Positions 1 to 10,536 of a DNA stretch of 62,391 nucleotides are shown here, piece after piece. Position numbers and translations under genes: made by a program. This stretch comes from Deinococcales bacterium. Lineage in GTDB: Bacteria > Deinococcota > Deinococci > Deinococcales > JAAFIG01. The notes beneath the pieces were generated by a model that had not been told where the DNA came from, did not search any database, and worked only from the letters and a program-made list of their open reading frames with translations. Every line of letters starts with the position of its first letter. The first letter of the stretch is position 1. Location: NCBI GenBank assembly GCA_031414595.1, contig JANNVX010000100.1, forward strand, positions 1-62,391, given 5' to 3'.

Positions 1-531
1 GTGGTACTTGGTTGGGTTTTTTAAGAAATCCACGACTTCGGATAATTCTTCTTTGGCTTCATCGCAACCCGCGACTTCTTTGAAGGTGGTGCTTGGTTTT
101 TCGACTTGTTTAGCTCGAGACTTGCCAAAGCTCATTGCTCCACCCGCTCCATCACCCGCTCCGCTGCCAGAACGCGAACGAATTAGCAAGACCAGCATCA
201 CAATTAAAATGGCGACACCCGCAATTTGTATGCCAATCATGATGTAGTCACCTGTTGGCACAGCCCGACTGACACTGTATTTGGTATTAAAACTAGCCCT
301 GGCAAACTCGAGGGCATCAAACAGGCTTTTATCCATCATCAGTTGGACACGGTATTCGTCGGGTTGGGTACTGCGTTTACGGTCTGTCGTAACCAGAGCG
401 CTGCCATTGGGCGAAAGCACCACTTTTGCCACACCACCCGAGCGCAATTCATTTAAGAAACTGCTGACCGAAGGCGCAGCCAACGACCAGCCTAAACTCA
501 GCCAAAGGGTGATAATCAAGCGAAGTAACAT
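1..531 (-). CDS. ftsH: ATP-dependent zinc metalloprotease FtsH, N-terminal part (runs off window start)
   Basis: Not in the ORF track; my translation from ATG 531 gives a TM segment then [10 protein letters not shown]...[30 protein letters not shown], the conserved FtsH pre-AAA signature. Confidence 0.92.
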   Translation of the reverse strand, partial: MLLRLIITLWLSLGWSLAAPSVSSFLNELRSGGVAKVVLSPNGSALVTTDRKRSTQPDEYRVQLMMDKSLFDALEFARASFNTKYSVSRAVPTGDYIMIGIQIAGVAILIVMLVLLIRSRSGSGAGDGAGGAMSFGKSRAKQVEKPSTTFKEVAGCDEAKEELSEVVDFLKNPTKYH

Positions 532-602
532 GGTTAAAGGGTAGCACCTTCGGTGCGTTTTTTGGTGGGAATTTTGACACCGAATTTTTGTTAGACTGAT
601 TT

Positions 603-1796
603 ATGAAACAACAATCTATCAAACAACACTTTCCAGCCCTGAGTTCTGGCTTTTCATTCCTCGATAACGCGGCTGGCGCACAAGTCCCACGGGCTTGTAT
701 TACTGGAATCACCAATTTTCTCGAGTCTGCCAGTTGCAACATTGGAATGCCTTATGTGGGTTCGCAGTTATCCACATCTGTCCGTGACCAAACCAGAATC
801 GAAACCGCCGAATTTTTTGGCTGCAAACCCGAGGAAGTGGTTTTGGGTCCTAGTGCCACTGCCCTGACTTTTAGGTTGTCCACCGCCTTCTCGAGACTGT
901 TTAAGGCTGGCGACGAAATTATTATTTCCGAACTAGAACACGAATGCAATGCCAGTCCGTGGCGCGAACTTGAACAGATTGGTTGTGTGATTAAAATCTG
1001 GCGAGCCACTTGGTCAGAAGGTAAACTTGAACTCTCTGAACTCGAGAAATTACTGTCGTCAAAAACCCGTCTGCTCGCCATCACTGGCGCAGCCAACAGC
1101 CTTGGCAATCGCCCAGATGTGACTGGCGCAACCGCTCTGGCACACGGCGTTGGCGCTTGGGTGGTCAATGACTTGGTGCATGACAGTCCGCATCATCTGC
1201 CAGATGTTCAAAAAACCGATGTGGATTTTGCGTTTTTCTCGGCGTATAAGGTTTTTGGCACACACCTTGGGTTTATGTACATTCGCCAGAACTTACTTAG
1301 GGACTTACCCGCCCAAAAGCTGCATTTTATCCCCGACGACAGTTTACTCAAATTTGAACCTGGCACAAACAATTATGAAGGCATGGCGGGATGGCTCGGT
1401 ACGCTATCGTATCTGCGTCAAGAACTTGGCGATGGACTGAACGGACGGGCGGGCTTAACTCGAGCCTACCAAACCATAGAGAACATCGAAAAACCACTGC
1501 TCGAGTACACACTAGAACGCATTAAAAACTTACCCAATGCCACTTTGTACGGCGAACCGAGCAGCCAAAATCGTGTTGGTACATTCTGCTTTAACCTCGG
1601 CAGTGCCAACCCAATGGAAGTGGTCAAGTACCTTGGAGGACAAGGTGTGGGCGTGGCTGGAGGGCATTACTACGCGATGCTCCCCATGACTGCACTGGGT
1701 TTGTACCCAAGCGGAGCAATCCGAACCAGCCTTGCCCATTACACCAGCCAAGCCGATTTAGACAAGCTCTTTGATGCCCTCGAGAAAAAGGATTAA
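603..1796 (+). CDS. Cysteine desulfurase-like class V PLP aminotransferase
   Basis: FLDNAAGAQVP, EHECNASPW, FSAYKVFGTH (PLP lysine), FEPGTNNYEG, IRTSLAHYT. Confidence 0.85.
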   Translation: MKQQSIKQHFPALSSGFSFLDNAAGAQVPRACITGITNFLESASCNIGMPYVGSQLSTSVRDQTRIETAEFFGCKPEEVVLGPSATALTFRLSTAFSRLFKAGDEIIISELEHECNASPWRELEQIGCVIKIWRATWSEGKLELSELEKLLSSKTRLLAITGAANSLGNRPDVTGATALAHGVGAWVVNDLVHDSPHHLPDVQKTDVDFAFFSAYKVFGTHLGFMYIRQNLLRDLPAQKLHFIPDDSLLKFEPGTNNYEGMAGWLGTLSYLRQELGDGLNGRAGLTRAYQTIENIEKPLLEYTLERIKNLPNATLYGEPSSQNRVGTFCFNLGSANPMEVVKYLGGQGVGVAGGHYYAMLPMTALGLYPSGAIRTSLAHYTSQADLDKLFDALEKKD

Positions 1797-1845
1797 CCAC
1801 AAAACGGGCTGCTCGAGAGATTGCCGATTCTTGGCTTACGGCTAC

Positions 1846-2526
1846 TCAGGTCTCGAGTTTGCCGTCTCGGATTCGCACAATCTGATTGGCTCTGGCTGCT
1901 ACTTCCATATCGTGGGTAATTAAAATCAGGGTGCGGTTCTGACTGCCTTCCATTGGTTCGGTCAAAAGCTCTAAGATGCCCGTGCCTGTTGCGGTGTCTA
2001 AGTTGCCTGTCGGTTCATCGGCAAATAGCACACTGGGGTTGGTGGCAAGCGCCCGAGCTATCGCAACCCGTTGTTGTTCGCCACCAGATAATTGATTGGG
2101 GTAGTGGGTGCTGCGTTTACTCAGCCCGACCCGTTTAAGAATTTCGCTCGAGATACCACTTCGTTTGGCTTTGGGTAGACCCGCCAAGGTCAGAGGCAGT
2201 TCAATGTTTTCTTGGGCGTTTAAGATACTGACCAGATTATAATTCTGGAAAATAAATCCAAAGTGCGCCAGACGGTACGAAGCCAAACTGGTTTCTGGCA
2301 TGGTTGTAATATCGTTGCCTTGGTGCGAGACCATACCACTTGAAGGACGGTCAAAACCTGCCAGCAAGTTCAGCAAAGTGCTTTTGCCACTGCCCGAAGG
2401 TCCAACAATCGCCGTGATTTTACCCGCCTCAAAACCAAGTGATAAATGGTTCAGTGCGGTCACACTACTTTCGCCACTCGGATAGATTTTAGAAATGTCT
2501 TTTGCCTCGAGAATAATTTTTGTCAT
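1846..2526 (-). CDS. ABC transporter ATP-binding protein, LolD/MacB-like
   Basis: [39 protein letters not shown]. Confidence 0.92.
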   Translation of the reverse strand: MTKIILEAKDISKIYPSGESSVTALNHLSLGFEAGKITAIVGPSGSGKSTLLNLLAGFDRPSSGMVSHQGNDITTMPETSLASYRLAHFGFIFQNYNLVSILNAQENIELPLTLAGLPKAKRSGISSEILKRVGLSKRSTHYPNQLSGGEQQRVAIARALATNPSVLFADEPTGNLDTATGTGILELLTEPMEGSQNRTLILITHDMEVAARANQIVRIRDGKLET

Positions 2527-2527
2527 C

Positions 2528-2567
2528 TTAATTCCTACCTAGTGATTGAGTTAATTCCTACCTAGTG
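2528..2567. repeat. 17-bp direct repeat TTAATTCCTACCTAGTG (2528-2544, 2551-2567)
   Basis: Exact duplication of the permease 3' end; the copy supplies an AGGTAGGA RBS-like sequence before the ATPase start. Confidence 0.85.
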
Positions 2568-3726
2568 CTTCGGTAATCACCAAACGGCTGGCGGTTCTGG
2601 CGGGTAATAAACCCGATAGCAAACCAAGTACCAATGCCACCCCAATGGCTAAGCCAGTTAAACGAAAAGTCACTTGGGCGATTTCGACACTGATTAAATC
2701 ACGCACCGCAAAATTAACCGCCAGAGTACCAAGCCAACCGACCACCACCCCGCCCAGACCACCCAAAAGGGCTAAAAGCAGACTCTCGAGAACAACCAAC
2801 TGAAAAACAAAACTGGGCTTTGCACCAATCGCTCGTATTACCCCGAATTCTTTGGTGCGCTCATAAACGCCCATCATCACAGTGTTGGCAACCGCTAAAC
2901 CGCCAACAATTAAGGCGATTAAACTGATTCCAAAGCGAAAAGCATCACCTATGGCTATCGCACGGTCAAGAACTTGAACCACATCGCCTTGGGTTTGGGC
3001 TTTGAGTTCATCCTTGAAGCGCCGATTGATTTCATCGGCGGTTTTACGGGCATCGGCTGGGTCATTGAGTTTTAAGGCAATCAGTGTAGCTTTACCTGTG
3101 ACAGCTAAGGTTTTGGTCAGGCTGGCAAAAGGTAAAAATACGGCGCTGTCAGTAAAACCACCAGATTTTTCGACAATCCCAATCACTTTATAACGGTCTG
3201 TCCGACTTAAACGCAGTTCATCGCCAAGTGCCAGACTAGCAGTTTTGGCAGCTTGAAAACCAACCACTGCCACTTTATCATTGGCTTGACTGGCACTAAT
3301 CCATTGTCCAGAACCGAGTTTCATATTCGGGTAAACATCGGTCAGGGTGACTTTATCAAATGGGTAGGCGGCAATCACATAACCACTGCCTGAAAATCCA
3401 CCTCGAGCAGTCAGCAACAACGGAATCACTTGTTTAATCCCTAACTCAGATTTAAGTGCCTCAAAACGCGATAGCACTTCTAAAGGCACATCTGGAATTG
3501 GGCTACCAAAAATACTTGAGGTTTCAGAACCCGCTAAACCAATTTGAATATCCGGTCCAACATTACCAAGTTCATTGCCCAAGGCTTTGCGAAACCCCTC
3601 ACCGAGCGATAAAAAAACCACCATGCTGGCAACTGCCACAACAATCCCAAGAATGGTTAAAATAGTTCTGACTGGGCGGCGCATTAAGCCACGCAGGGCT
3701 AAATTGGATAAATCCGCAAAATTCAT
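2551..3726 (-). CDS. ABC transporter permease, MacB/FtsX family
   Basis: [47 protein letters not shown]. Confidence 0.9.
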   Translation of the reverse strand: MNFADLSNLALRGLMRRPVRTILTILGIVVAVASMVVFLSLGEGFRKALGNELGNVGPDIQIGLAGSETSSIFGSPIPDVPLEVLSRFEALKSELGIKQVIPLLLTARGGFSGSGYVIAAYPFDKVTLTDVYPNMKLGSGQWISASQANDKVAVVGFQAAKTASLALGDELRLSRTDRYKVIGIVEKSGGFTDSAVFLPFASLTKTLAVTGKATLIALKLNDPADARKTADEINRRFKDELKAQTQGDVVQVLDRAIAIGDAFRFGISLIALIVGGLAVANTVMMGVYERTKEFGVIRAIGAKPSFVFQLVVLESLLLALLGGLGGVVVGWLGTLAVNFAVRDLISVEIAQVTFRLTGLAIGVALVLGLLSGLLPARTASRLVITEALGRN

Positions 3727-3757
3727 AAGTCGAGTTTAACGGGTTTTAACGGGCGGA

Positions 3758-3830
3758 ACGTCTCGAGGTGTACGGCACATCACGTCTCGAGGTGTACGGC
3801 ACATCACATCTCGAGGTGTCACGTCTCGAG
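3758..3830. repeat. Tandem 24-bp repeat ACGTCTCGAGGTGTACGGCACATC (two full and two partial copies)
   Basis: Read directly; four CTCGAG sites in 73 bp of a divergent intergenic region. Confidence 0.9.
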
Positions 3831-3850
3831 CGCATGGTTTAGAATACGGT

Positions 3851-4657
3851 ATGGCTTTTGCTGACCAACTTTCTGAAATCACCAAAGATTTTTCTGGCAC
3901 AATTGGGCTTTATGCCGTTCGGTTCGAGGATGGTTTTAGCCTTTCAGACAATGCCAAAGAAACATTTCCTGCCGCCAGTGTCATAAAACTGCATTTATTA
4001 ATTGCTGCTTTGCAACGGGTACAAAATGGGCAACTCGAGTTAGACACCCGAATTGCGCTGCCCGAAAGCGAAATTGTGCTTGGCAGTGGTTTACTACAAA
4101 AACTCGAGGCTGGAGCGCTTTTAAGCCTAAAAGATTACTTAACCCTGATGATTATTGTCTCCGATAACACGGCTACAAATATGGTGATTGATTTTCTGGG
4201 TGGGATTGAGTCTATCAACGCCCAACTCGAGACTTGGGATTTAGGCAGTACCCGTGTGGTCGGTAAACTGATGTTGCCCCTAGAACGCAAAAATGAAGCA
4301 CAGAAAGCTGGCAAAATGCACCAAATTGTTCCACTCGAGGTGGTTGGGATTTTACAAGCCTTGTATGGTGGCAGATTGCTCAATCCAGAATTAACAGCTT
4401 TAGCCCTCGAGATTCTTAAAAAACAGGAGTACACCGAAATGATCGGGCGCTTACTGCCAACTGGCACAATCACCGCCACCAAGAGTGGGCAGATTATGGG
4501 GGTGCGAAACGATGTTGGGTTTGTCTTTTCATCTCGAGTCTATGCTGTGGCAATTTGCAGCAAAGACTGCACCGATTTGCGTTATCACATTGACAACGAA
4601 GCGATTTGGACAATTGCCAAAGTCTCGAAACTGATTTTTGAGGTTATGCAAAAATAA
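3851..4657 (+). CDS. Serine hydrolase, class A beta-lactamase-like fold
   Basis: SVIK, SDN and KSG motifs; no signal peptide. Confidence 0.85.
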   Translation: MAFADQLSEITKDFSGTIGLYAVRFEDGFSLSDNAKETFPAASVIKLHLLIAALQRVQNGQLELDTRIALPESEIVLGSGLLQKLEAGALLSLKDYLTLMIIVSDNTATNMVIDFLGGIESINAQLETWDLGSTRVVGKLMLPLERKNEAQKAGKMHQIVPLEVVGILQALYGGRLLNPELTALALEILKKQEYTEMIGRLLPTGTITATKSGQIMGVRNDVGFVFSSRVYAVAICSKDCTDLRYHIDNEAIWTIAKVSKLIFEVMQK

Positions 4658-4697
4658 ATGAGCCAAGAAAAGTCTTGGCTCACGAGTGTACTTGAAT

Positions 4698-5975
4698 TTA
4701 CTTGGTTGGAATAATTTCGGGTTTGACTTTAATCTCGAGTTCTTTGCCACCACGTACAATGGTCAGGCTCACTTCATCGCCAGCTTTGGAATTATAGACC
4801 ACCCGTTGTAAATCCTCGGCGTTGGTGACATCGCGTCCGTTAATTTTGGTAATCACGTCACCATTGACCGCAATGTTATCCACTTCTCGAGTCGAAGCCC
4901 GCAATCCGGCTTTGGCGGCTGGGCTGCCCGCCTGTACACCACTGAGCATGATGCCACTGGCGGGTAAGTTAAATTGTTTGCGAAAATCTGGTGAAATTTG
5001 GGTCATGTCATAACTAAAGGTAGATACACCTAATCGCGGGCGGCTGGTGGCAATGGTATCTCGATCAATCACTTTGCCAGCTTTTAGGTCTGGCAATAAA
5101 CTGTTTACTAAGTTAATTGGCACAGCAAAGGCAATACCTGCAAATTGTCCAGTGCCAGTCATGCTTGTGCCGGGTGAAAGAATCGCGGTGTTAATACCAA
5201 TCACTTCGCCCGAAGAGTTTAGAAGCGGTCCTCCAGAGTTTCCGGGGTTGACAGCAGCATCGGTTTGAATCACGTTGTTGGCTAAATTCCCACTGCCTTC
5301 AAAGCTGCGTCCAGTGGCGGACACAATTCCTTCAGAAACACTAAACTCGAGTCCGAACGGGTTGCCCATGGCAATGGCTTTCTGCCCAACTTTTAAGGTG
5401 TCCGAATTAGCAAACGGGATTGGCGTGAATTTCTTATTTGGGGCTTCGATTTGAATTAAAGCCACATCGTAAATGGGGCTGCGCCCGACAACTTTAGCTG
5501 AGTATTTTTTAGGGTCGTTGTGAAACTGGACTTGTAATTCGCCTACCGTGTCTGAGTCGAGTGTCACCACATGGTTGTTGGTTAGCATCAAACCAGATTC
5601 ATCAATTACAAAGCCACTGCCCGAACCGCCACCACTCGAGCCACCACGTTGTTGCTGCATACACATCATGTACTGGGTAAAGTCAGATGGGTCGCATTGA
5701 CCAGACACATTTTGTTTTGCCCTGACTTGGATATAGCCAATGCTCTGGTCAAAGCTCTGAACCACTTCGATGGTGTTGCGTTCATTCTCGAGTTTGGCGC
5801 GTCCGTAATCAAAACCTGTACTCGAAGGTGGAGTGTTTATCAGGGTTCGTGTACTTGTATTTGAACCAGAGTTTAACTGCGCGTTACCGATAGGCGGTGA
5901 GAAACTTTGGTACAACACACCAGCCGCCACCAGTGCGGTGAAAACCATTGTTAAAGCCAGAAAGCGATTTTTCAT
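4698..5975 (-). CDS. HtrA/DegP-family serine protease with PDZ domain
   Basis: GSGFVID, TNNHVV, DVALI, QTDAAVNPGNSGGPL, C-terminal PDZ, N-terminal membrane anchor. Confidence 0.95.
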   Translation of the reverse strand: MKNRFLALTMVFTALVAAGVLYQSFSPPIGNAQLNSGSNTSTRTLINTPPSSTGFDYGRAKLENERNTIEVVQSFDQSIGYIQVRAKQNVSGQCDPSDFTQYMMCMQQQRGGSSGGGSGSGFVIDESGLMLTNNHVVTLDSDTVGELQVQFHNDPKKYSAKVVGRSPIYDVALIQIEAPNKKFTPIPFANSDTLKVGQKAIAMGNPFGLEFSVSEGIVSATGRSFEGSGNLANNVIQTDAAVNPGNSGGPLLNSSGEVIGINTAILSPGTSMTGTGQFAGIAFAVPINLVNSLLPDLKAGKVIDRDTIATSRPRLGVSTFSYDMTQISPDFRKQFNLPASGIMLSGVQAGSPAAKAGLRASTREVDNIAVNGDVITKINGRDVTNAEDLQRVVYNSKAGDEVSLTIVRGGKELEIKVKPEIIPTK

Positions 5976-6221
5976 TTTTTCCTCCGTGTATTCTCGAGTA
6001 GCTTTGTGAGCGCTTGACCCTCGAGTATCTGCTTGAGCGCAGTCTCTTCATTGCTAAATCATTGCACACTGTAGGATTTTTTACAGTAGTCAGCACACCA
6101 TCTGCTGTTTCATATGCTCACAAAATACTATGAAGCCACCATGAAGCCTAGAAGAACCTTAAGTAAACACCCCTTAATAGGCGTGAAACCCGAGATTCAT
6201 TGTGTGCTAAATTAGAGACGC

Positions 6222-7331
6222 ATGATTGTCTACGTGCTGAACCCCGGCTCGACTAGCACCAAACTTGGCTTAGCCACAGTGGTGCAAACCCCAAAAGGGG
6301 TCAGTGCTTTTGTCGAAAAACAAGAAATCGAACATCAACCCAAACCTAAAGATGCCGAAGAACTGATGTTTAGTTTGGATGGCGCTGCCCCAAATATGTC
6401 TTCGGGCTTGGATACCAACGCGCTTGATAAAATCCGTGGGGCGCTGCGTCAAAGCACCCGCGAATGGCCCAAACCAGATGCGATTGCGGCTCGAGGTGGT
6501 TTGATTGGGGCGTGTGAAGCTGGCACATATAAGGTCACGAGGGAACTAGCACAGCACAGCTTAAAACACTTACACGGAGTTCATGCCGCAAACTTCGGGG
6601 CTGCTCTTGCCCTCGAGTGGAGTATGGCACTGCGAATCCCAGCTTTTATTGTTGACCCACCAACCGTGGACGAACTGCTGCCAGAAGCCCGTGTAACTGG
6701 TGTTCCTAATGTCGTGCGCCGCTCGAGATTTCATGCGCTGAACAGCCGAATTTGTGCCAGACGAGCCGCCCTTGAAGTCGGTAAACGACTCGAGGACGCT
6801 GTGATTGTCGCGGCACACCTTGGCGGTGGGGTTAGCGTCACCACCTTTGACCAAGGTAGAGCCGTAGACACCACAGGCGCAATGCTAGACGAAGGTCCGT
6901 TTAGCGCTCAACGTGCAGGTGGATTACCGACCGAAGCGCTGCTTGACCTTGCTTACAGCATTCCACGTCCGATTCTCGAGCAACAACTGACCAAAGAAAG
7001 TGGTTTTCAGGGTTTACTCGGCACATCTGACTTAAAACTGGTGCAGCAACGCGAAGCCGAAGACATTGTGATTCGCCAAGTGATTGCGGCTTTTATTTTG
7101 CAAGTTTCCAAGTCAATAGCTGCTCAAAGCAGTGTGACCACCCGCCCAGATGCAATTGTCTTAACCGGCGGCATGGCACGTTGGACTGAACTGGTGCAAC
7201 GCTTAGAACATAAACTCTCGTGGATTGCGCCCGTGATCGTCATTCCGGGCGAACTCGAGATGGAAGCCCTCGCCGAGGGTGCTGGGCGGGTGCTATTCGG
7301 ACTCGAAGAAGCCAAAGAGTTTAAGAGCTAA
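6222..7331 (+). CDS. buk: Butyrate kinase
   Basis: LNPGSTSTK, ARGGL, HAANFGA, FHALN, AHLGGGVSV, EGPFSAQRAG, PGELEMEAL. Confidence 0.9.
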   Translation: MIVYVLNPGSTSTKLGLATVVQTPKGVSAFVEKQEIEHQPKPKDAEELMFSLDGAAPNMSSGLDTNALDKIRGALRQSTREWPKPDAIAARGGLIGACEAGTYKVTRELAQHSLKHLHGVHAANFGAALALEWSMALRIPAFIVDPPTVDELLPEARVTGVPNVVRRSRFHALNSRICARRAALEVGKRLEDAVIVAAHLGGGVSVTTFDQGRAVDTTGAMLDEGPFSAQRAGGLPTEALLDLAYSIPRPILEQQLTKESGFQGLLGTSDLKLVQQREAEDIVIRQVIAAFILQVSKSIAAQSSVTTRPDAIVLTGGMARWTELVQRLEHKLSWIAPVIVIPGELEMEALAEGAGRVLFGLEEAKEFKS

Positions 7332-7332
7332 A

Positions 7333-7374
7333 ATTAAAGAGAAAGGAGGAAAAAACCAAACCTTTCTCTTTAAT
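7333..7374. terminator. Bidirectional terminator-like inverted repeat between convergent genes
   Basis: ATTAAAGAGAAAGG / CCTTTCTCTTTAAT, 14-bp perfect arms. Confidence 0.65.
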
Positions 7375-7379
7375 CTGTT

Positions 7380-7625
7380 TTAGAGTCCCACTTGCTCGAG
7401 CCATGTGTCTAACTTGGCTCTCGAGAAACCACTCATGCTGACGGCTTGTCCGTTGTACTCGAGGGTTGGAACACTGCGTTTGCCATTGTTTATTTTCATC
7501 ACAGTCTCGGCGGCACTTTCGTCTTGTTCAATGTCAACTTCGGTAAAAGCCAAACCTTTTTGCTCGAGAACGCGCTTGGTGACACGGCAATCACCACACC
7601 AACTGGTTGTGTACATCGTAATCAT
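7380..7625 (-). CDS. Glutaredoxin-like protein (NrdH/mycoredoxin-like)
   Basis: YTTSWCGDC, NNGKRSVPT. Confidence 0.88.
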   Translation of the reverse strand: MITMYTTSWCGDCRVTKRVLEQKGLAFTEVDIEQDESAAETVMKINNGKRSVPTLEYNGQAVSMSGFSRAKLDTWLEQVGL

Positions 7626-7703
7626 GGGCTTAGATTAACACTCACTTGGGCTAAAATAAAGGCTTTCTAACATTGTGCCTGAGCAGTTGTACTCGAGTTT
7701 AGA

Positions 7704-8885
7704 TTATTTACTACTGGTGATTACGATGCCTTGATTTGTGCCGAGCCAGATGGTGTTGGCATCGAGTGCAAAACCTGTGTGCAGTTGTGCGTCTGGTGCA
7801 AGTCCGCGAACCGAAGCGGTGGTGTCTTTCCAAGTTTCGCCGCCATCCACGGTCGAAAGTAGCAACGGATTGCTGACCCCGACTTGTCCGACTGCCCAGC
7901 CATTTTTGCCATCTGGCGCAAAGAAAATACCATTAAACCTCGAGTCTGGACGCATGGTTGGTAACTTGGCAGCTTTCCAAGTCGAAGTTGCGGTTTTTCT
8001 GGCATCGGTGGTGAGGTAAATAAAATCGGTTTTGCCATAAAATACGGCGGCTTTGTTGCTAAAAGTAAAGCATTTTTCGCTCGAGATACAGGTCACACCA
8101 TATGGCGTATCGCCGCTCTGGGCATCGGGCAGATTAGCGCGGTAAAAACGCTTACCGCCGTCGCTCGATAAACACACGCCCTCTTTGTCTGGAGCAGCCC
8201 TCGAGCCACCACTGGTTGGGTATGCCAGAATGCCAAGGTCAGCTGCAATATAAACACTTTGCAATGGCGGAGGCGAAGCTGCCAAACCGGGTAAGGAACT
8301 GCACAAAGTTTTGTTACTCTCGCGCCAGAGTTGAAAGAACCCATCGGGTGCGCTTTCAGGCGACCAAATCGAAGTCCAGAGCGCACCGGCACTGGGTTCA
8401 TCCAAACTTTCGGTAATAAAAGCCTGAACGCCTAAGACCCAACGGTCGTCTTTAACACCAATTCCAGATTGATAATTTAAGCCACCTGGGGTTTTACCAA
8501 GCGTGCCGACACTCCAATTGCCAATGCCATCTTTGCTCGAGATAAGTGCGTTGGAGACATTGGTTAAAGCCATGATTTTATCGCCAGCTTTGGCAAAACC
8601 AAAGAAATTAATACCGCCCAGCAAACCGACTTTGCTTGAATTAGCATCATCAGAGCCATCCACCAGTTTTGCACCCGCGCTTTGACCATTGCTGGCATAA
8701 ACCTTGCCACCACCAGAAACAGCCGTGGCAACCACACAGCTTTTTGGATTAGCACAGTAAATACCGGTTACCCGTTCTTTGGGGTCGGTCAGCTTAAAGG
8801 ACTTAAACTCGAGACTCTGCGAGTTAGCGACTGCCAACAGCACCGTTGTTGCACCAAGAATTGCGCTTAGACCAAGTTTTTTCAT
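7704..8885 (-). CDS. Secreted BNR/Asp-box beta-propeller protein
   Basis: Signal peptide MKKLGL after AAGGAG; Asp boxes SSDGGKRF and STVDGGETW. Confidence 0.7.
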   Translation of the reverse strand: MKKLGLSAILGATTVLLAVANSQSLEFKSFKLTDPKERVTGIYCANPKSCVVATAVSGGGKVYASNGQSAGAKLVDGSDDANSSKVGLLGGINFFGFAKAGDKIMALTNVSNALISSKDGIGNWSVGTLGKTPGGLNYQSGIGVKDDRWVLGVQAFITESLDEPSAGALWTSIWSPESAPDGFFQLWRESNKTLCSSLPGLAASPPPLQSVYIAADLGILAYPTSGGSRAAPDKEGVCLSSDGGKRFYRANLPDAQSGDTPYGVTCISSEKCFTFSNKAAVFYGKTDFIYLTTDARKTATSTWKAAKLPTMRPDSRFNGIFFAPDGKNGWAVGQVGVSNPLLLSTVDGGETWKDTTASVRGLAPDAQLHTGFALDANTIWLGTNQGIVITSSK

Positions 8886-8907
8886 AATTTTCTCCTTAAA
8901 GCTCGAA

Positions 8908-10524
8908 TTACGGATTACCGAGTACGGGTCTTGTCTCAAAACTGCCATTTACTATATTCTCGAGGGGGCTACCTGAGCCATAATCAGCGGCGCTGGTGCT
9001 GATACTCCATGTTACGCTGCTACCAGCCAGATAGGCGGTGCTGGGGGTGTAAGTCATTTGTTTACAATTAAGAAACTGCCCACTAAACAGAACACATTCA
9101 GGATTCCAAGTAATTGTTCCTGCTTTAAGGACATTATTATTGCGAACTTGCAGCGCGGCTTGGGTTAAATTTTTGTTCATGTCTTCAGAAAATGTAATCA
9201 CAATTGGTGCAGTCACACTCGAGAAACCAAAACCACTGGGACTAAACCCAATCACTCGAGGGGGCGCATTACCAGCCGTAAAACCAAAACCATAAGCGGC
9301 TTGTAATGTGTTACCAACAAGGTCTGTGGCACTATTAGCCAGTGTGATTGTGTACGGTGTTTGTTGGCTTAGACGATTTACTGGTTGGCAACTGGCGCTT
9401 AAGGCTGTCATCCATGTCCAAGTACAAGCAATACTGGGTTGACTGGCAAAAGCACTCTGGACACTGGTTTGGTTCATGGCTTTACTAAAATTTAAGGTAA
9501 TCGGCGCACTAAAAAGCACATTGCTTTGGGCATCGGTTGGTGTGAAACCAATCAGCGCTGGTTTTACCAAATCTTGAATTGTTGTAAATCGAGATGTAAA
9601 TGGCGTTGCCAATGCAATTCCACTCAAACTCTGGGCAGTCAAAGCAAGTGCATAATCGTACTGCGTAACGAACCCAAATTCGGTACTTGGGGTGCAAGTT
9701 GCGGTTTGGTCATTGTCCAACCAAAGCCAAGTACAAGTTATTGCTGGCACACTCGAGAAGGCGGTTTCAACACTGGTTTTATTCATGCTTCTCGAGAAGC
9801 GCAGGGTAATTTTGCTGTTCAGGGCAACATCCACGGCATTATTAGCTGGGGTGCTGCTGATCAAAGTTGGGGCGGCGCTAATGCTCGAGAATTGCAGGCT
9901 GGTCGCGCCACCTAAATTATTGCCAGCCACATCTTTTCCTGCCAGTGCAACGGTATATGTGGTGTCAAATTCCAAAGCTGGAGTTATAAAATTAACGACG
10001 GTATTGCCAGCGCTCCAAGTGGCTGCACCAAGCGTTAGGTTGCTGCTCGAGGCTGTCACGGTGCTGATGTTCATACTTTCAGAAAAGGTGAGTTGCACTT
10101 GGGTATTGAGTGCCACAGCCGTGGCATTAAGTGCTGGTGTACTCGAGACCAGGGTTGGCGCGGTGGTGTCTGGTGCAATTGGCATGGCGGACACAACTGC
10201 GGTACTGCTCGAGGTGTTGCCTGTGGTATCAGTCGCCTCTAGTCTAAAAAAATAGCTTGTGCCGTTGGTCAAACCCGTTTTTTCAAATTGCGTAGCGGAC
10301 TTAAGAATGGTTTCAGTGGCATTCTGCATGGTGGCGCTGCTGCCCCAACGCAGGGTGTAATTGGCTAAATCGGCTTCGGTGTTGGCTGTCCACTCGAGCT
10401 TGACTTTGCTATTGCTGGCGGTGGCTTTGAAAGCGGTAGGTGTTGCAGGTGCAGTCGTATCTGGCGTTGGGGTTGGTGTGCAAGCCAATAAACCAACCAA
10501 CAATAAAAGGCATAGTTTTTTCAT
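8908..10524 (-). CDS. Lipoprotein with FN3 domain and about four Ig-like (Big_5/SbsA-type) domains
   Basis: Lipobox LLAC; FN3 (LEWTAN...GLTNGTSYFFRL); repeated APTLxSSTP...LxFSxSM units. Confidence 0.8.
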   Translation of the reverse strand: MKKLCLLLLVGLLACTPTPTPDTTAPATPTAFKATASNSKVKLEWTANTEADLANYTLRWGSSATMQNATETILKSATQFEKTGLTNGTSYFFRLEATDTTGNTSSSTAVVSAMPIAPDTTAPTLVSSTPALNATAVALNTQVQLTFSESMNISTVTASSSNLTLGAATWSAGNTVVNFITPALEFDTTYTVALAGKDVAGNNLGGATSLQFSSISAAPTLISSTPANNAVDVALNSKITLRFSRSMNKTSVETAFSSVPAITCTWLWLDNDQTATCTPSTEFGFVTQYDYALALTAQSLSGIALATPFTSRFTTIQDLVKPALIGFTPTDAQSNVLFSAPITLNFSKAMNQTSVQSAFASQPSIACTWTWMTALSASCQPVNRLSQQTPYTITLANSATDLVGNTLQAAYGFGFTAGNAPPRVIGFSPSGFGFSSVTAPIVITFSEDMNKNLTQAALQVRNNNVLKAGTITWNPECVLFSGQFLNCKQMTYTPSTAYLAGSSVTWSISTSAADYGSGSPLENIVNGSFETRPVLGNP

Positions 10525-10536
10525 GATTCCCTCGAG

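Noticed and set aside
8-742. Short ORFs listed in the track at the window start
   Set aside because: The real gene is ftsH on the minus strand (1-531), missed because its stop lies outside the window
3758-3830. Possible mini-CRISPR array
   Set aside because: Units are head-to-tail with no unique spacers; no cas genes in the window
3851-4657. Functional antibiotic-resistance beta-lactamase
   Set aside because: No signal peptide and no clear omega-loop ExxLN; fold-level similarity only
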